A program made the translations under genes and the position numbers. Under the pieces are notes generated by a model. That model searched no databases, was not told the DNA's origin, and saw only the letters and a list, made by a program, of their open reading frames with translations. A stretch of DNA of 62,603 nt, the filler included, from Sphacelaria rigidula (taxonomy: Eukaryota): the NCBI GenBank assembly GCA_964200075.2. It is 8 parts of 8 records of this genome, joined end to end, with 100 filler letters (N's around TTAATTAATTAA, not from the genome) between each part and the next. Parts side by side here need not be neighbours in the genome. Positions count along the whole stretch, not along the records: positions 23,516 to 31,253 come from CAXNAA020013618.1; positions 31,354 to 39,091 come from CAXNAA020013619.1; 6 more parts are not named here. The stretch is one strand, 5' to 3'. Position 1 is the first letter of the stretch. Each line of letters begins with the position of its first letter. Below are positions 24,730-37,092 of this stretch, one piece after another.

Positions 24730-26613
24730 TATCGGCGTACGATCATAACGACGACGATACAGTGTATTGAGCGCCCATTGCACCGGCGGCAACACGCCCA
24801 CCCACTCAGAAACCGCTCTACGCTGCTTGAGAAGAACAGAGCGAAGAGCACGAACTACTTCCTTGGCCATACAATCGCACGTACCGTGAGACCACGGAGA
24901 ATACGCTACCGCAAACTCGTGATCAACGCGCAAAGCCTCTCGGAATCGGGCCAAGATCGCAGTCTTGAAATGCGTGTCGGTATCACTCACCCACACACGG
25001 GGCACCCCCAAAGTTTTGCACCAATTCAGCAACGACGAAGCGGTCGATTCAGCAGCACACACTGCTACTGGTTCCAGAGCCACAACGTTGCTCAAATCAT
25101 CCATGATTACCAAAAGGTATAGAAACCCAGCATCCTCCATCAAACCTTGGGAAGCTAGCGGGCCACTCTCGCCCACGTGCAAGAAGTCAAAATGAACGAC
25201 ATCATTCGGCGTAGTCCCATGGACCGCTTCGCCGAGCGGGCGGGGAACAACATCACTCGCCCTCGAGTCAGAACAGTGAAGGCACTGGCGGACAAATTTG
25301 CGCACATGAGTTTCTATCCCTTGCCAGACACAAAACTCTTGCAAGCGCACGAGCGTCGCAGCCACACCACGATACCAAGCGTCGCGCATGTGCGCGCAAA
25401 TCATCAGACACACCTGCAACTGCTTGTCAGAACTCGGTATCCACAGAACGTTTCGGTCACGCACATCAACACGAACCACACTTTCATTGTCCAAAATAGC
25501 AGTACCAACGTCCAACTCGAAAGATTGCACATCCGCATCTTCGGCCCCAAGGTCTTTTCGTTGCGCTTGGCGGACAACAGATTTGGACGGCATCAAGTCA
25601 TCAGGTTCGCACGGACCATACACAGCCACAGCGCGCGCAGTCAAAGTGGGAATATTTACCCAGCGCGACAGCAAGTCACTCGACGCGTTACGCTCACCCG
25701 AAATATGACAAATCGTGTACCGATACGGTCCTAATACTCCTTTCCACCCCTCCAATCGCTGTGCCAACGCCTTCGACACAGACGTCACGCATGCCTCCGG
25801 ATTGAAAATGTACGCTAGATTTCGGTGATCCGTGAAAATGTGTACGCCATTCCACAATAGATGCTCGAGACGACGAAAAGTACTCACGATAGCAAAACTT
25901 TCCTTGTCAATGATTGCCCAACGCATCTGTGAACCCTTGAAATTACCACTCAGAAAAGCCAGCGGTTCATGCGTCATGTCTTCAACCGACAACCGTTGTT
26001 GCATTTCTGCATCAGGCACCTGCGTTACAAACCTACCCCAATGGCACTCAAATGCATCCGGAAACATTGACACCTGACAATCCGGACGAGGATGGAGCAG
26101 CATCACGGCATGAGCCACCAGATCCTTCGCTGCCGCCCACGCCTGTAGCCTGCCCTCCGTCCACGATGCAGCTTTCTTCGGCAACCCCATATCTGGACTG
26201 GACCACCCCGCCTGCGAATTCCGTAACACCAACCCGAGCGCCAAAAGAGCCGCCAGGCACAATACCAACCCACTCGGCTTTACTGGATCATACCTCCTCG
26301 GTTTTGCCTTCACGGCGGCCGTCCCTGGCTTCAGTGTAACCCTCATGGGTTCCACGCGCGCAGGAGGATCACCCCTCAGCGCACGACGAAACACGTTAAC
26401 GTGGCGATACCGTATGCCACGCAAGCGCTCCGCTTTTGAGCCGGTGAGGCCATTTGCCACAGCATCCGTCACGCTTTCCTCATAGCGTAGCCTTTCGCGC
26501 GGACTCTTCTTCCGCCGGCTCCATAAACATATCGGGGCCACGCTCCACCAAGCGTTCCACGGCCTCATCACTCTCCTCGGACACCTGCCCCCCCGCCTCC
26601 TGGAGAGCATCAA
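24730..26613 (-). pseudogene. Gypsy pol: RT N-terminus fused to RNase H and integrase; RT core missing
   Basis: Motifs FRRALRGDPPARVEP, FPDA, DKESFAIV, IFTDHRNLAYIF, FVRQCLHC, VVHFDF, IMDDLS and WVSDTDTHF. No VPQG or YxDD motif is present. Confidence 0.92.
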
Positions 26614-27367
26614 CCGATAAGCTCACTCTGCGACTGGCCAAAGAAGCAGGCGTCTCGACACTCAAACCGGGCGACGGCGTTTGCGTTTTGAGGGACTCCA
26701 ACAACCGATCATACGAATTGACTCCGAGTCCCAGAAGCGTCGGTAGGCCCAACAGAACGACACCATCCGTCCCCGGCATGATCGCAAACGATATTGGGGG
26801 TAATTTTGCTGGCCCCCAAGTAGTCAGGAACGCGAACTGTAGGGGAATGGAACGCTCTGTCACATTTATACGTTACCCCAATGCGGTGATGGCCTGCCGC
26901 GCCCCGAGCGAAAACGGAATTCGGATTTGCTCACCGGGGAGTAGACGCTCCAGCATCTCCACAACTAGCACCGACACGCTCGTAAAGTGGGCGCCTGAAT
27001 CCAACACCGCGTTGACCGATATAGCTCCCCGCGCCCGTTGATCGGGCAGATATAACTCGGCAGGGACATAATTGTCTTGGTTCTCGACCGGCACCTGCTC
27101 CGCCGACTGATGGGTCGTAATCCCCACTTGGCGCCACGGCTGCGCGCGCGGCGCAGGCATAGACGCCCCCGCTGGGGTCACTGGCACCGCCAGCGGGTAC
27201 GAAGCCCCGCCCGCAGAACCAAATTGCAGCAGTACCCCGGCCGACGCAGCAGCGGATCCAAATTTCAGCTGAAAACCGGCCGGCTCCACAGCCGACGTCT
27301 CGCCTTGCTCTGTTGCCGGCGGCGCTGGCACCGAGTCCGACACTAGAGAGGTCGGTCCCACCTGCAC
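26480..27367 (-). pseudogene. Gypsy aspartic protease region
   Basis: VNAVLDSGAHFTSVS, and downstream VVLLGLPTL in the next ORF. Confidence 0.85.
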
Positions 27368-27442
27368 CGCCCGTTGTGGAGCAGCAGCCCCTGCGGCTGA
27401 GCCGGACCCAGAACCGGACCCCTGCTGACGCCGCTGCCCCTT

Positions 27443-28236
27443 CTACTGCTGCTGATGGGAACTCAACTGTACACCTCCACCGCTGGAGGATCCGCCCCCG
27501 CCACCACCTCGATTACCTTTCCCTCCTTTATGATTGCGGGGGCGCGCGGCACTCGTCTGCCCAGACTCCCCCTCAGAAGGCGTTGGGCACTTCCGTGCGA
27601 TGTGACCAACCTGGCCACACTGATAGCGAGTAATATTGGAGGCGGCATTGCCTTCGGATTTTGATCCGCGGTTACGCGAGCTCGAAGACTGCGGCGACGA
27701 AGTGGATGATTTTCCGAATACTTCGACCCGCCGCCATGCCTGAGCTTCAGCCACCACGGTATCCATGACTAAATACGGGTCCAACCTCCAATTTGTTTCG
27801 TGCTGTAACTGTACAAGCACGGCCTGCTCGAATTCCGCCGGTGCCAGACCCTCCACCATCGCTTTCGCGACCACCGCAGCGGACGCTAGGCGAAATATTT
27901 CCCATCGGAGGAACGATAAATCATCTCCACGTTGGGGTTTTCCGGAAGACACGTCTCCAACTTACCCATTATGGGCTCCACCCTCCCACGCATGGTCCTC
28001 CCCTTGTGGTTCATTGCGACAGCCCTCGCCACGGCCGCGGACGCCTGAGTAAGCTCTACCTCCGCTTTTGCCGCATGCCCTGCGTGCTTATTTATCGCTG
28101 CGGCCAACGGCAGCGGCGTTATGGTATGCTTTTCGTGGAACCTTCTCTCGAAGACGCCTTGCATGGGCGTAGGCACTAGTTGCGCCATAGAAATCACCTG
28201 ATGCCTCACCGCACCCCCTGCATTCGCATGCTCCAC
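27443..28236 (-). pseudogene. Gypsy Gag with degenerate zinc knuckle
   Basis: RYQCGQVGHIARKC (first Cys lost); frameshifted ORFs 27886..28236 and 27443..27952. Confidence 0.8.
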
Positions 28237-28704
28237 CCTCCTTTTGTATTACATGTATTTCGTATAAAACGAACCAGAAGCACCCTCAGAATACAAATTC
28301 CCGTAACCGGGCGGCCGCAACTCTTCCCTTAGAACGACTGGGGTTACAGTCGTTTCCGTTGGCTCCACTGCCGGTACCTCAGTTGTCGACATTCTCGAGC
28401 GGATAATCGAGGATTTCTGAAACCTTCTCGAAGTTCAGTTCACACCTGCTTTCTTCGCCGCTCCACACAGCCCTGGCATCCTATAAACACCCGCTGTACG
28501 CAGCTCCAGCAAGTCTCCAGTCTGGATCAATCACGGGCCAGCCGCCGTTACAGCTACCTCAGCTTGAAACCTCCTCACGCGTCCGTGAAGCTCTATGCCC
28601 GAAGCTAATCACAAGCTGTCCAGACGTCTCCCTGCTGAAATTGTTCAGCAGTCTCAAACGATAGCACCAACTAGCACGCCTAGCACTAGCACTAACATCG
28701 ATAT

Positions 28705-28953
28705 TATGATACCAACAGGTTGCTAGTACTGCAGCGTCCAAGTGCTGTTGAGGGACTCCCCAGTTCCACTGGCCTCACGGTCTCAGTTGTCAGCCTTCAC
28801 AACACCTTATCAAAACCGAAGTAAATAGCTGCAACCCCGTACCATCAGGCCTGGGCTACACAGCAAGGGTCATCACCCACAGGATGCCCTTGCCCCCTGG
28901 TCATCATCCAGGATCCACTATATACTCAACCTTGACGGCGTGATTTCGCCACA
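28705..28953 (-). repeat. 5' LTR of the gypsy element (249 bp)
   Basis: Direct repeat of 24387-24633. Confidence 0.93.
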
Positions 28954-31253
28954 GAGCACAAATATATGGGGCTTACTGTTCAACCCACATCTCCGGGGAT
29001 CAGATTTCGAGAAACACGGCGTTTGCACGCAGGGGTGTCTCGTCAATCGGCATCATTTTCAATATTTTTCAAGTAAAAATGATGCCGATTCACACATTGA
29101 CCCGTCTAACACCTCAAGCAGCCCCGAGAAATCTTTTCGCTGAACAAGTGTAAGCCCTACCATAGCATCACTCGATGAAAGACGGCTTCTCGTGCATAAA
29201 AGGCTGGGCAGGTAGCCAAAACCTTTCGCGGTCCTGTGTTTACAGTTGTTGGACATCACACGCGAATAACTTATCGTGCGGCTGCGGAGGAGATTCCTGC
29301 CGCGGTGTTGCCCTTGAGTGGACTCAATCATGCCGTGCTCATTTCATATAGTCCCTTTCGTTGGGTGATATCGCCGGCGCTTGTTCTTCGAGCGTGGCAC
29401 TCGAAAGTAATACCTTGCCCCATAAACGTGCTATCTCGCGGATGCGGCATCGTGTTTATCCCCACACTATATAGCTATGCTGCCGTAACCGGAAAAATCA
29501 TTTTCTGCGCCTCACGGCAAGACAAATCGTTTCCAACATATTCTTACTTCTCGCTCACAACCCATTCGTCACGTGGGAGACGGCTTCGGGTGACCCAGGG
29601 CACCATCAAGGGACAGCTTGGGATTCCCGAGACGATTATTTGCCAGGCAGAGCAAGATAGGAGCCATCGAACTGGGTATCCTTCCGTCGCTACTCCAGGT
29701 CGATGTTAATTGCAACATACGAAGGGGTGAAGCTTGGATGTTCGTTTTACAGACATGGTCGCTGCGTCCTAGCTGCAGCGAGGCGGTGTTGACCGCGTAG
29801 GCTAGGCTTCGGGAAGGCAATGTTTACTACGCGGTCGATGGCAAAAGTACCCTGTAACAGCCAATTCTAATTTCGGGGCTTGAACACTAAAATGGGGTTC
29901 AAGCTGCATATATTGTTTGCAGGAATGGCGCGGAGGGGAACCATCTTCCCCCCAAAACATCTGCAGCAGTTATGCAGTTGTAGCTAGGTGCACCGAACGA
30001 ATGCGGTGTACACGCGTGTCGATGACGATATCACCGAAGGAGTAACGGCAGAGGGAAGCTCCTAGCCCGTATGCTTTGTGTGTCCTCCGTTGGCGATTCC
30101 CAATCGCTTGAGAGACTGGCATCATGCATGTTACCAACATGTACCCGATTTCCCATGTGCCAGTAGGAAGGTTATTGCTGCACAGCCTTCCAAAGAACAT
30201 GAAGGTGCTGAGGTGTCGTCTCTTCTTGTTTGTGGAGCGTACCGATGCAAAGATCGCTTCCTCTCTACCTCTCTTTGTGGACAGGACGCGCCTCTGTACG
30301 CTGCAGAACACATCGTTGAAAAACAGGGCGATGTTCCCGTCACCGCAACTGTTCTCTGTCACACACATGCCAGCAAAGACGGTGCTGCGGCAATAACAGA
30401 TCCAATCGCAACTTGAGGGGTGTTATTCATTGTTGATTTTACCCGACATCTGACCCTGTGCGTGCGCGACGACAAAAGCGTGTAACAAGCCAGTTGGGAG
30501 GGTGTATGAAAGGTCAAACACTTGTGGAGACCTTTTTGTCATACGGGGTAAAAAAGACACCTATGGTGGTGACCTTACTGTTGCTGGCGTGGTGCATAGG
30601 GGCGCCTCTATGCTGCAATCTTGAGCACCCACCCACCCCCTGCGTGTGCCGCAGTGGCTTTCGATAATTCCCAAGTGAGGAGGTCATTCATTAGAAGCTG
30701 GGGCGAGATGTGTTCCACGAGGAACAAGGGTGCTTTATGATCAACCACTTGTCGTTGCATTTGAGACCCACGCCATCCACCACCGACCACAAAGGTCTTG
30801 GGGCTTTCAAGCAACGCTGGCGGCAGTACGGCATGCAAATTCGGTCAAAGCCACCGTAGGTTGCGCTGCTCTGCTGTCTGTACTGATTGTCGCGGCGTCT
30901 GTACAATCACCTCGTGACAACACCGAAATTCATATGGGTTGTGTAATAATTAAACAGTTCCATTTTTTCAACTCATCCCACACAACGTTGAGGATTCTCA
31001 AGAGCTGCGGGGAGGGTGGCTTCCCCGCCCCCCCGCCAGGTATGAAAAACACGACGACAGAGTTTTGCCGGCTCATCTGACACTGACAGGGTCACAGAGA
31101 GTTTCTCCTTATGAAAATACGTGTTTCTACACCTGCAAACCGTTTCAGGTGCATAGCTTTCTGTTCAGATGGTGAAACTGTCCATTTCCCTTCGGTTCTA
31201 CGAGGTGGGCCAGCCTAAAAACGGATTTAAGCCCTAAGAGCAATATCTCATCG

Positions 31254-31353
31254 NNNNNNNNNNNNNNNNNNNNNNNNNNNNNNNNNNNNNNNNNNNNTTA
31301 ATTAATTAANNNNNNNNNNNNNNNNNNNNNNNNNNNNNNNNNNNNNNNNNNNN
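31254..31353. other. Artificial contig spacer
   Basis: 100-bp N gap with TTAATTAATTAA. Confidence 0.99.
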
Positions 31354-33810
31354 AGGAGTGGAGAACACGAAAATGATTTCTTCCACTCGTGCCACGACCC
31401 TGAGCCCATGGGGCCCGTGAAGGAATTGCTCTCCAAACCCGCCATCACCGAAACGTGCGGGGTATGCCATATTCGGCCCAGTCGCACAGCGTGGATCACT
31501 TTTTCTTCGTCAACGTCGTCTACATCATCGTCACTTGTTCCACGATACTCGACACTTATGCTAATTTTTTTTAATATTCCCTGCTGCTTCGTTTTTGCGG
31601 TGTGTGAGTAAAAGGGTCAAGTGGGGTTGGTGTTGTGAGTGACGCCCGCAACTACTGCCACTTTTCGTCTCCTTGACTGCTGATGTTGAGAAGGGCGGTG
31701 AATGTGGGGTGGAACGTAGTGGGCGTGTGCTTCCCGAGTGCAACAGCTAAACAATACAAGCACACAACAATATATCAGTGCAGTCGCTGGAGCAACTACG
31801 TTTCCGCCACACCGACCACTCGCAGGCTTGTAAATATGTACTTAAGTTAGAGGTCATTTCATATTAGCGAGATCGTCATTGGGAGATGACGTCTGTATTT
31901 GTGATCGATACGATTGGCTCGATTACGGGTCATTTTTTCTGCAGTGGATAGTGGTCGGTCCATTTTACAGATATATAGTGCCCAAAATCGGGCCCCATTC
32001 ACCCCCATAACAGTTAACTGGCACAACTGGTTGACGGATCGGTTTCGTTACCAGATGAACCAGTTATTTTCACCCGACATATATGTCATGCTCCAAAATG
32101 TTCCGTGTACATTGTCTCATACTCAAGTCAAAATTTCTGAAGTATTGTACTACAATAACCGTGGGGACGCTGTTACAGATGCGAGCACAAGAGCGCACGG
32201 CGCACACAGCTACACGTGGACACGAATATCGCAGACAATATATTCTAATACACAAGAAAAAAAATCGATTGGGCACGGACAGGTGTTGATTGATTATATC
32301 TGAAATATGAAGCAAGACTGCGATTCGTGGCGTTACTGTGTGTTCTTTGCTTTATTCTGTCGGCATCAAGCATTAAGCGTTCAGTGGTGGCTAGTCATTG
32401 TGAGACGAAGGCATGAGGAAGAGTCGAGATTTCTGTTGAATTTTCCTTGCTGATGAAGTCACACTCAAAAACGTTATCAAGTTGTCGTGCTACTATAATA
32501 GAGTTCCTGGCGCTTGGGTGGTACACGCGGAACGCTATGTATGCTGCAGTACTGTTTCATCGCTTCGTCTTTTGAATTCACGTCGCGAATATGAGTGATA
32601 TTTCATTTTCCCCCAAACATATATATTTTTGTGCACCGATTACATTCTCGAATTGCTGGCGCTAGGCGGCTAGAGTTTACCGCGATTTTGAAGAGATGTG
32701 AAGCCAAATCCGTAATTTACTCGCCTCAGGCCGTGCCTCCGGGGGGGGGGCTCACCAGCCGGGGGGCGGGCGTGTACGCGACTCCGTTGCCTTGCCTTGC
32801 CAGGCAACGCTGGCGGAGTTGCGAGGCGGCTTCGCCGCCGGTTACCCAGTTTAAACTGATGACTGTAACTGGATGTAAGTTTTTGCAACCAGTTAACTCG
32901 TTAGCCAAACCAGTTCACAACTCTAGTCAGTACTGATCTATGTTTGTTTGACAGCAGTGCACCGTCCCAGGTGCTCTTGATGTTGAAGTGATTGCACCAC
33001 CACGTCCACATGTGCATTCACTCACGATGCACAGAATCTTTTCGATTGATTTGATTGATTGCCGCACTTGAACTGACCTCCCAGGGGTCCAGCCGTGAAA
33101 CTGGGCTACGAGGTAGCCGTTTTGAGGGCGTATCGACAGTTATGGGTAGGAATGGAGGCCGATTTTGGGTACTATATTCATGGAAAGTGCAAGCTGAACG
33201 CTACATGCGTCAGAAGTGGTCCGTAATCCATCGAATCATATCAATGGAAAATACACCGCGTCACCTACAGATGACGATTTGGCTCATAAGTAATGAACTA
33301 TATTTCTAGTACATTTATTCAAGCCTGGGAGTGGTCGGTGTTGAGGTGATTTCGTCCCTCCGGAAAGCTCGCTCCATATCAGTAGATGGACAATCTTGTT
33401 TCACTAGCTAGTGTCCTGCTTCTGTTTGTACCAGTCGGGAAGCACACGCCCGCGAGCTGCCACCCCACGTTTACCGTCATTGTGAAAAAAACAAAACAAG
33501 AGCACGAACAGCAGCTGTTGTGGCCGCTACACACCAACGTAACTGCAGTGAAAGGCGTGCCTGACATGGTGCTAGAACGAGAAAGTACGGAAATTTGGAG
33601 ATCATGAGTAGCAGCGTCGCGCATCCGAAAACTACTGAGAACGATGTTGATGATGTTGACGATCAAGAGGTTCATACTGTGCGGATTGGCTACGCGCCGC
33701 TTGTCCTACACACAGCTATGACTGCGGGATTGGAGGGTGAATTTCTCATGGGCCCCATGGGATCAGGATCATGGCATGAGTGGAAGCAATCCCATCTTGT
33801 CAGTCGCTTG
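31354..33810. repeat. Diverged inverted duplication; arms about 31354-32050 and 33095-33810
   Basis: The arms share GTTATGGG..GAATGG.G.CCGATTTTGGG.ACTATAT, CAAGCCTG.GAGTGGTCGGTGT, GGAAGCACACGCCC and a segment encoding GPMGSGSWHEWK. Confidence 0.85.
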
Positions 33811-33944
33811 GGCACGGTCTGGTTCTCTCTTTCCAGATCAACATCTTCAACGTCAACCTTCTCCTGTTTTCAGTATGTACAGGCAGTCACTTGAAACATC
33901 GTGGCTCTGCCGACCTAGGCATACATGGTGTGCAGTCTGAAATC

Positions 33945-34460
33945 AAAATCACTCTTCGCGCCTTGGCTTCTCCGCTAGAACCCTCAGACACATCAGCCGA
34001 AGTTAATCGGTGGCCTCGCTCTCTGCAACTCAATACATGAAGGGTACCCCCTGTTTAAAGGCGAATTTGCCCTTAGTGCACCGCCGTACAGAACAAAGCA
34101 GCACCTGGTGGTATGCCACAAAATGAAATGCCATCCGTCACACACTGCTCGCCGCCCAACACGAAGCTTGTAGAATATCGCATAGTTTGCATCTTATTCT
34201 GATACTATTGATAGTACAGTATATGCAGACAGTTACGAAATACATGACCGCGGTCACCAGCAGATGTAACGCACATACTCGTACTAAAATCACTCTCGAC
34301 GCCTTGGCTTCTGCACGGGAGCCTTGACATGAAGCAGCCGCCAGCTTGATCTTTCTTTTGTCAACTCTCCCTCTGTAATTCGACACTTGAAAGGATACTC
34401 GCCGTTGAAAGGCGAAATTGCCCTTTGTGCAGAGCCGCTCAGAACAAAGCAGTGCCTTGG
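33945..34460 (+). repeat. Diverged direct duplication of a ~170-bp coding-like segment (33945-34110 vs 34285-34460)
   Basis: Both copies contain AAAATCACTCT...GCCTTGGCTTCT...TGAA.GG.TAC...AAAGGCGAA.TTGCCCTT.GTGCA..GCCG..CAGAACAAAGCAG. Confidence 0.8.
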
Positions 34461-35149
34461 GGCACGCAACCCAAGTGCATGTTGTCACAACTTGCTTGCG
34501 GCAGGAAAAGTAGTATGCGCACCGATTTTTTTTAATTTGCGATCTTCGACCTCGAAAGACGCTACTGATCCTCAACCCAAAAGTGCCGACCGCGCAACGC
34601 TTACAACTCGGCAAAGAAGCGGGGGATTGGACTGCGGTTTCTTGCGTGCGCTTTCCACACACCCAAGCTATGTCGCCTAGTTTGGTTTTTGCGTTTGCGC
34701 TTGATGCTGACTCGCAAATGACCTAAATATACTAAGATGAGGTGTTTTTTGCCCTGGGAGGGGATTTTCGTGCCGCTGACGCGACGCCAGCTAAATATCA
34801 AATTAGGTCCCCTAGATATTGTGTGTATGCGCGGGGCTGTCAAGTGCCTTGGACCGGCTTGCTTCCTGTGTTGAGAACCGCGCGATCTCCAGTGCCACAG
34901 CTTTCCCGTACTACACCAACTTGATGAGTGATGCGACGTGTGTTCAGTTCGTGAGGGCCTCGGCACAGGTCCGACCACCTACTGATGTGTTCATTATTCC
35001 TCCGCGTTTTTTCTTATTTTGAATCTTGTGCCGATTTTTGGTCGTTGGGGTCCCCATTCCTACCCATAACAGTATATCGGTAGAGCTCTATTCGTTTAGT
35101 CGAAAAGAAATGTCTCTGTGGCCGAAAGGAGCTGTTTTCCGATGCATAT

Positions 35150-35528
35150 ACCAAACTGATTATGTCCTTAGTCCGTGGCTCTGCGGTGCCCACTGGTGTG
35201 CATCTGTATCTACTCTGCTGCCCTAAATCCCTCGGGCCTTTCCCTTTTTTTCGTCGTCTTGTTGTATTTTATTTTCTCCTTACTTTCCTCTTCTTTTTCT
35301 TTTTTGTTGTTTTTTGTTTCAGGTCGGCCATTTTTTTCTGTGCTTTGCCTGTGTTGAATTTTTTATTACCTTATTTTTTTGCTACGACTTTGTCTGCTAC
35401 GTCGTTATTTCCGACTCTTTTTTTTTTCCGTGTTCCTTCTTTTCTTCATAGCGTGTTTCGGTTTCGTTTTTTGTTGGGTACGTCTATCATGACACCACGG
35501 CTGTACCTGGGGGGTCAGTTGAAGTGCG

Positions 35529-35563
<35 letters not shown>
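35150..35563 (+). mobile_element. Retroposon 3' UTR with (AATC)n tail
   Basis: T-rich tract, then GGGTACGTCTATCATGACACCACGG...GAAGTGCGAC(AATC)8. Confidence 0.72.
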
Positions 35564-35566
<3 letters not shown>

Positions 35567-36850
35567 TACTACCTGTGTTGTGTCCGGCTATTGCATCAAG
35601 TTTCATGGTGGCGGCTTTATTCACGGTCGAGAAATGAATAAGTCAAGTTTCTGTCCGAAAAGTGCAATAATTTTTGTACGCGGGTCAAGTGCGGGTATTC
35701 CGCTTATTTGTTTTTTTTTGCGCAGGGCTGGCCCGTCCAGCAATTCAAGAGATGCGATACTCCACATTAGCGTCAACGTTACTGCTGTAGTGCAGTAGTC
35801 CTTCGACTTCGAAGACCACCTAAAATTATATCACTGTACCGTTTATGCCAGCAGCACTGCCTTTGAGTTCATGTTGCGCACAACACGTTGCATGACTTCA
35901 GGAGCCCGAAGCAACGGTTCTGTTGTGGGTGGTGAAGAACCCACAAACCCCACCAGTGTAGAACATCCGTCTGTGATCATTTGTGCACGGCTATATGTAT
36001 TGTGCGTTGCACGTTTCCTTTGTTGACCTAAGCAGTAGTGATTGAGCTTTGATCGCACGAATTTTTCGTATAAGATACATGCCATTGGGGAAATGCCGCA
36101 CAGACGGTTACAAAAACGGGGGGTAGGCCCCAGCCTTCACGGCACGCCGCAAGCGCTTTTAGGCACGTGACGATAGACACGCTCGTAGTCAGGCCTTTTT
36201 TTGCCATAGCCACATGCCTTATCTGCCTGAATGCACCTTAAACGTGCTCAACTATGTCCGGTATTTGCCTGGAAAGCTTCAGGAAATGCCTGAAACCTTT
36301 CCGGTACCCCAGGGGCAATCTTATACTAATTTCAGGTAATTTTGGTTCCAAGGGGTAAATGCCTGAAAAATGCCTGAAACCTTCTCAGAGCCCCGAGGCG
36401 AATCCTATACTAGTTTCAAGTAATTTTGGTTATAAGGGGTGAAATGCCTGAAACTTTTCAAGCGCCCCAGGGCGCGTCCCATCCTGCTTCCAAGTCGCTT
36501 CATGTCAAGAGGTATAAATTCCATCTCGCTCCGAACAGTATCGGCACGTACCAGTGCCCATAGAATCGCAAAGCAATAGTATCTGCACGCTGTTTTCAGT
36601 ATGCATACTCCTACGTAGCACGCTTGTCATGTACCGGTACGAAAAAAGCCGTGGTTGATTATCTATGTTACGGACGGACTCCGAACGTGTAGGTCATGTA
36701 CAGCAGGACAACAGCGGCAGTACAAAGACACATCCGGTATACATACTACCTCCCTGACGGGGGTAGCGTGTTGATTGATCGTCGACCACCATATACTTTG
36801 TGCCCGATATCTGTGCGTTCTGTCACACCTGGTTGCAGCGTCATGTGGCC

Positions 36851-37092
36851 GGATGCCGTTTCCGGGTTGAACCATTCATGAAAATTTTATTTCGTTTATA
36901 TGTCTCTGCGTGTGCAGCAAACACTCTGCAAAGAGGCGAAAAATAAACAAGCTCAGATTCCAACCACAAATGGATGCCGTTTCCGGGTTGAACCATTCAT
37001 GAAATTTTTTTTTCGTTTATATGTCTCTGCGTGTGCAGCAAACACTCTGCAAAGAGGCGAAAAATAAACAAGCTCAGATTCCAACCACAAAT
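36851..37092. repeat. Near-perfect 121-bp tandem duplication
   Basis: 36851-36971 and 36972-37092 differ at about 2 positions. Confidence 0.95.

Larger units (their letters stand above)
24387..28953 (-). mobile_element. Ty3/gypsy LTR retrotransposon with intact boundaries, internally deleted (4567 bp)
   Basis: Two LTRs, outer TG...CA termini, 4-bp TSD GAGC (24383-24386 and 28954-28957), a PPT-like TGGGGGTGC next to the 3' LTR, and gag-PR-(RT)-RH-INT order. Confidence 0.95.
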
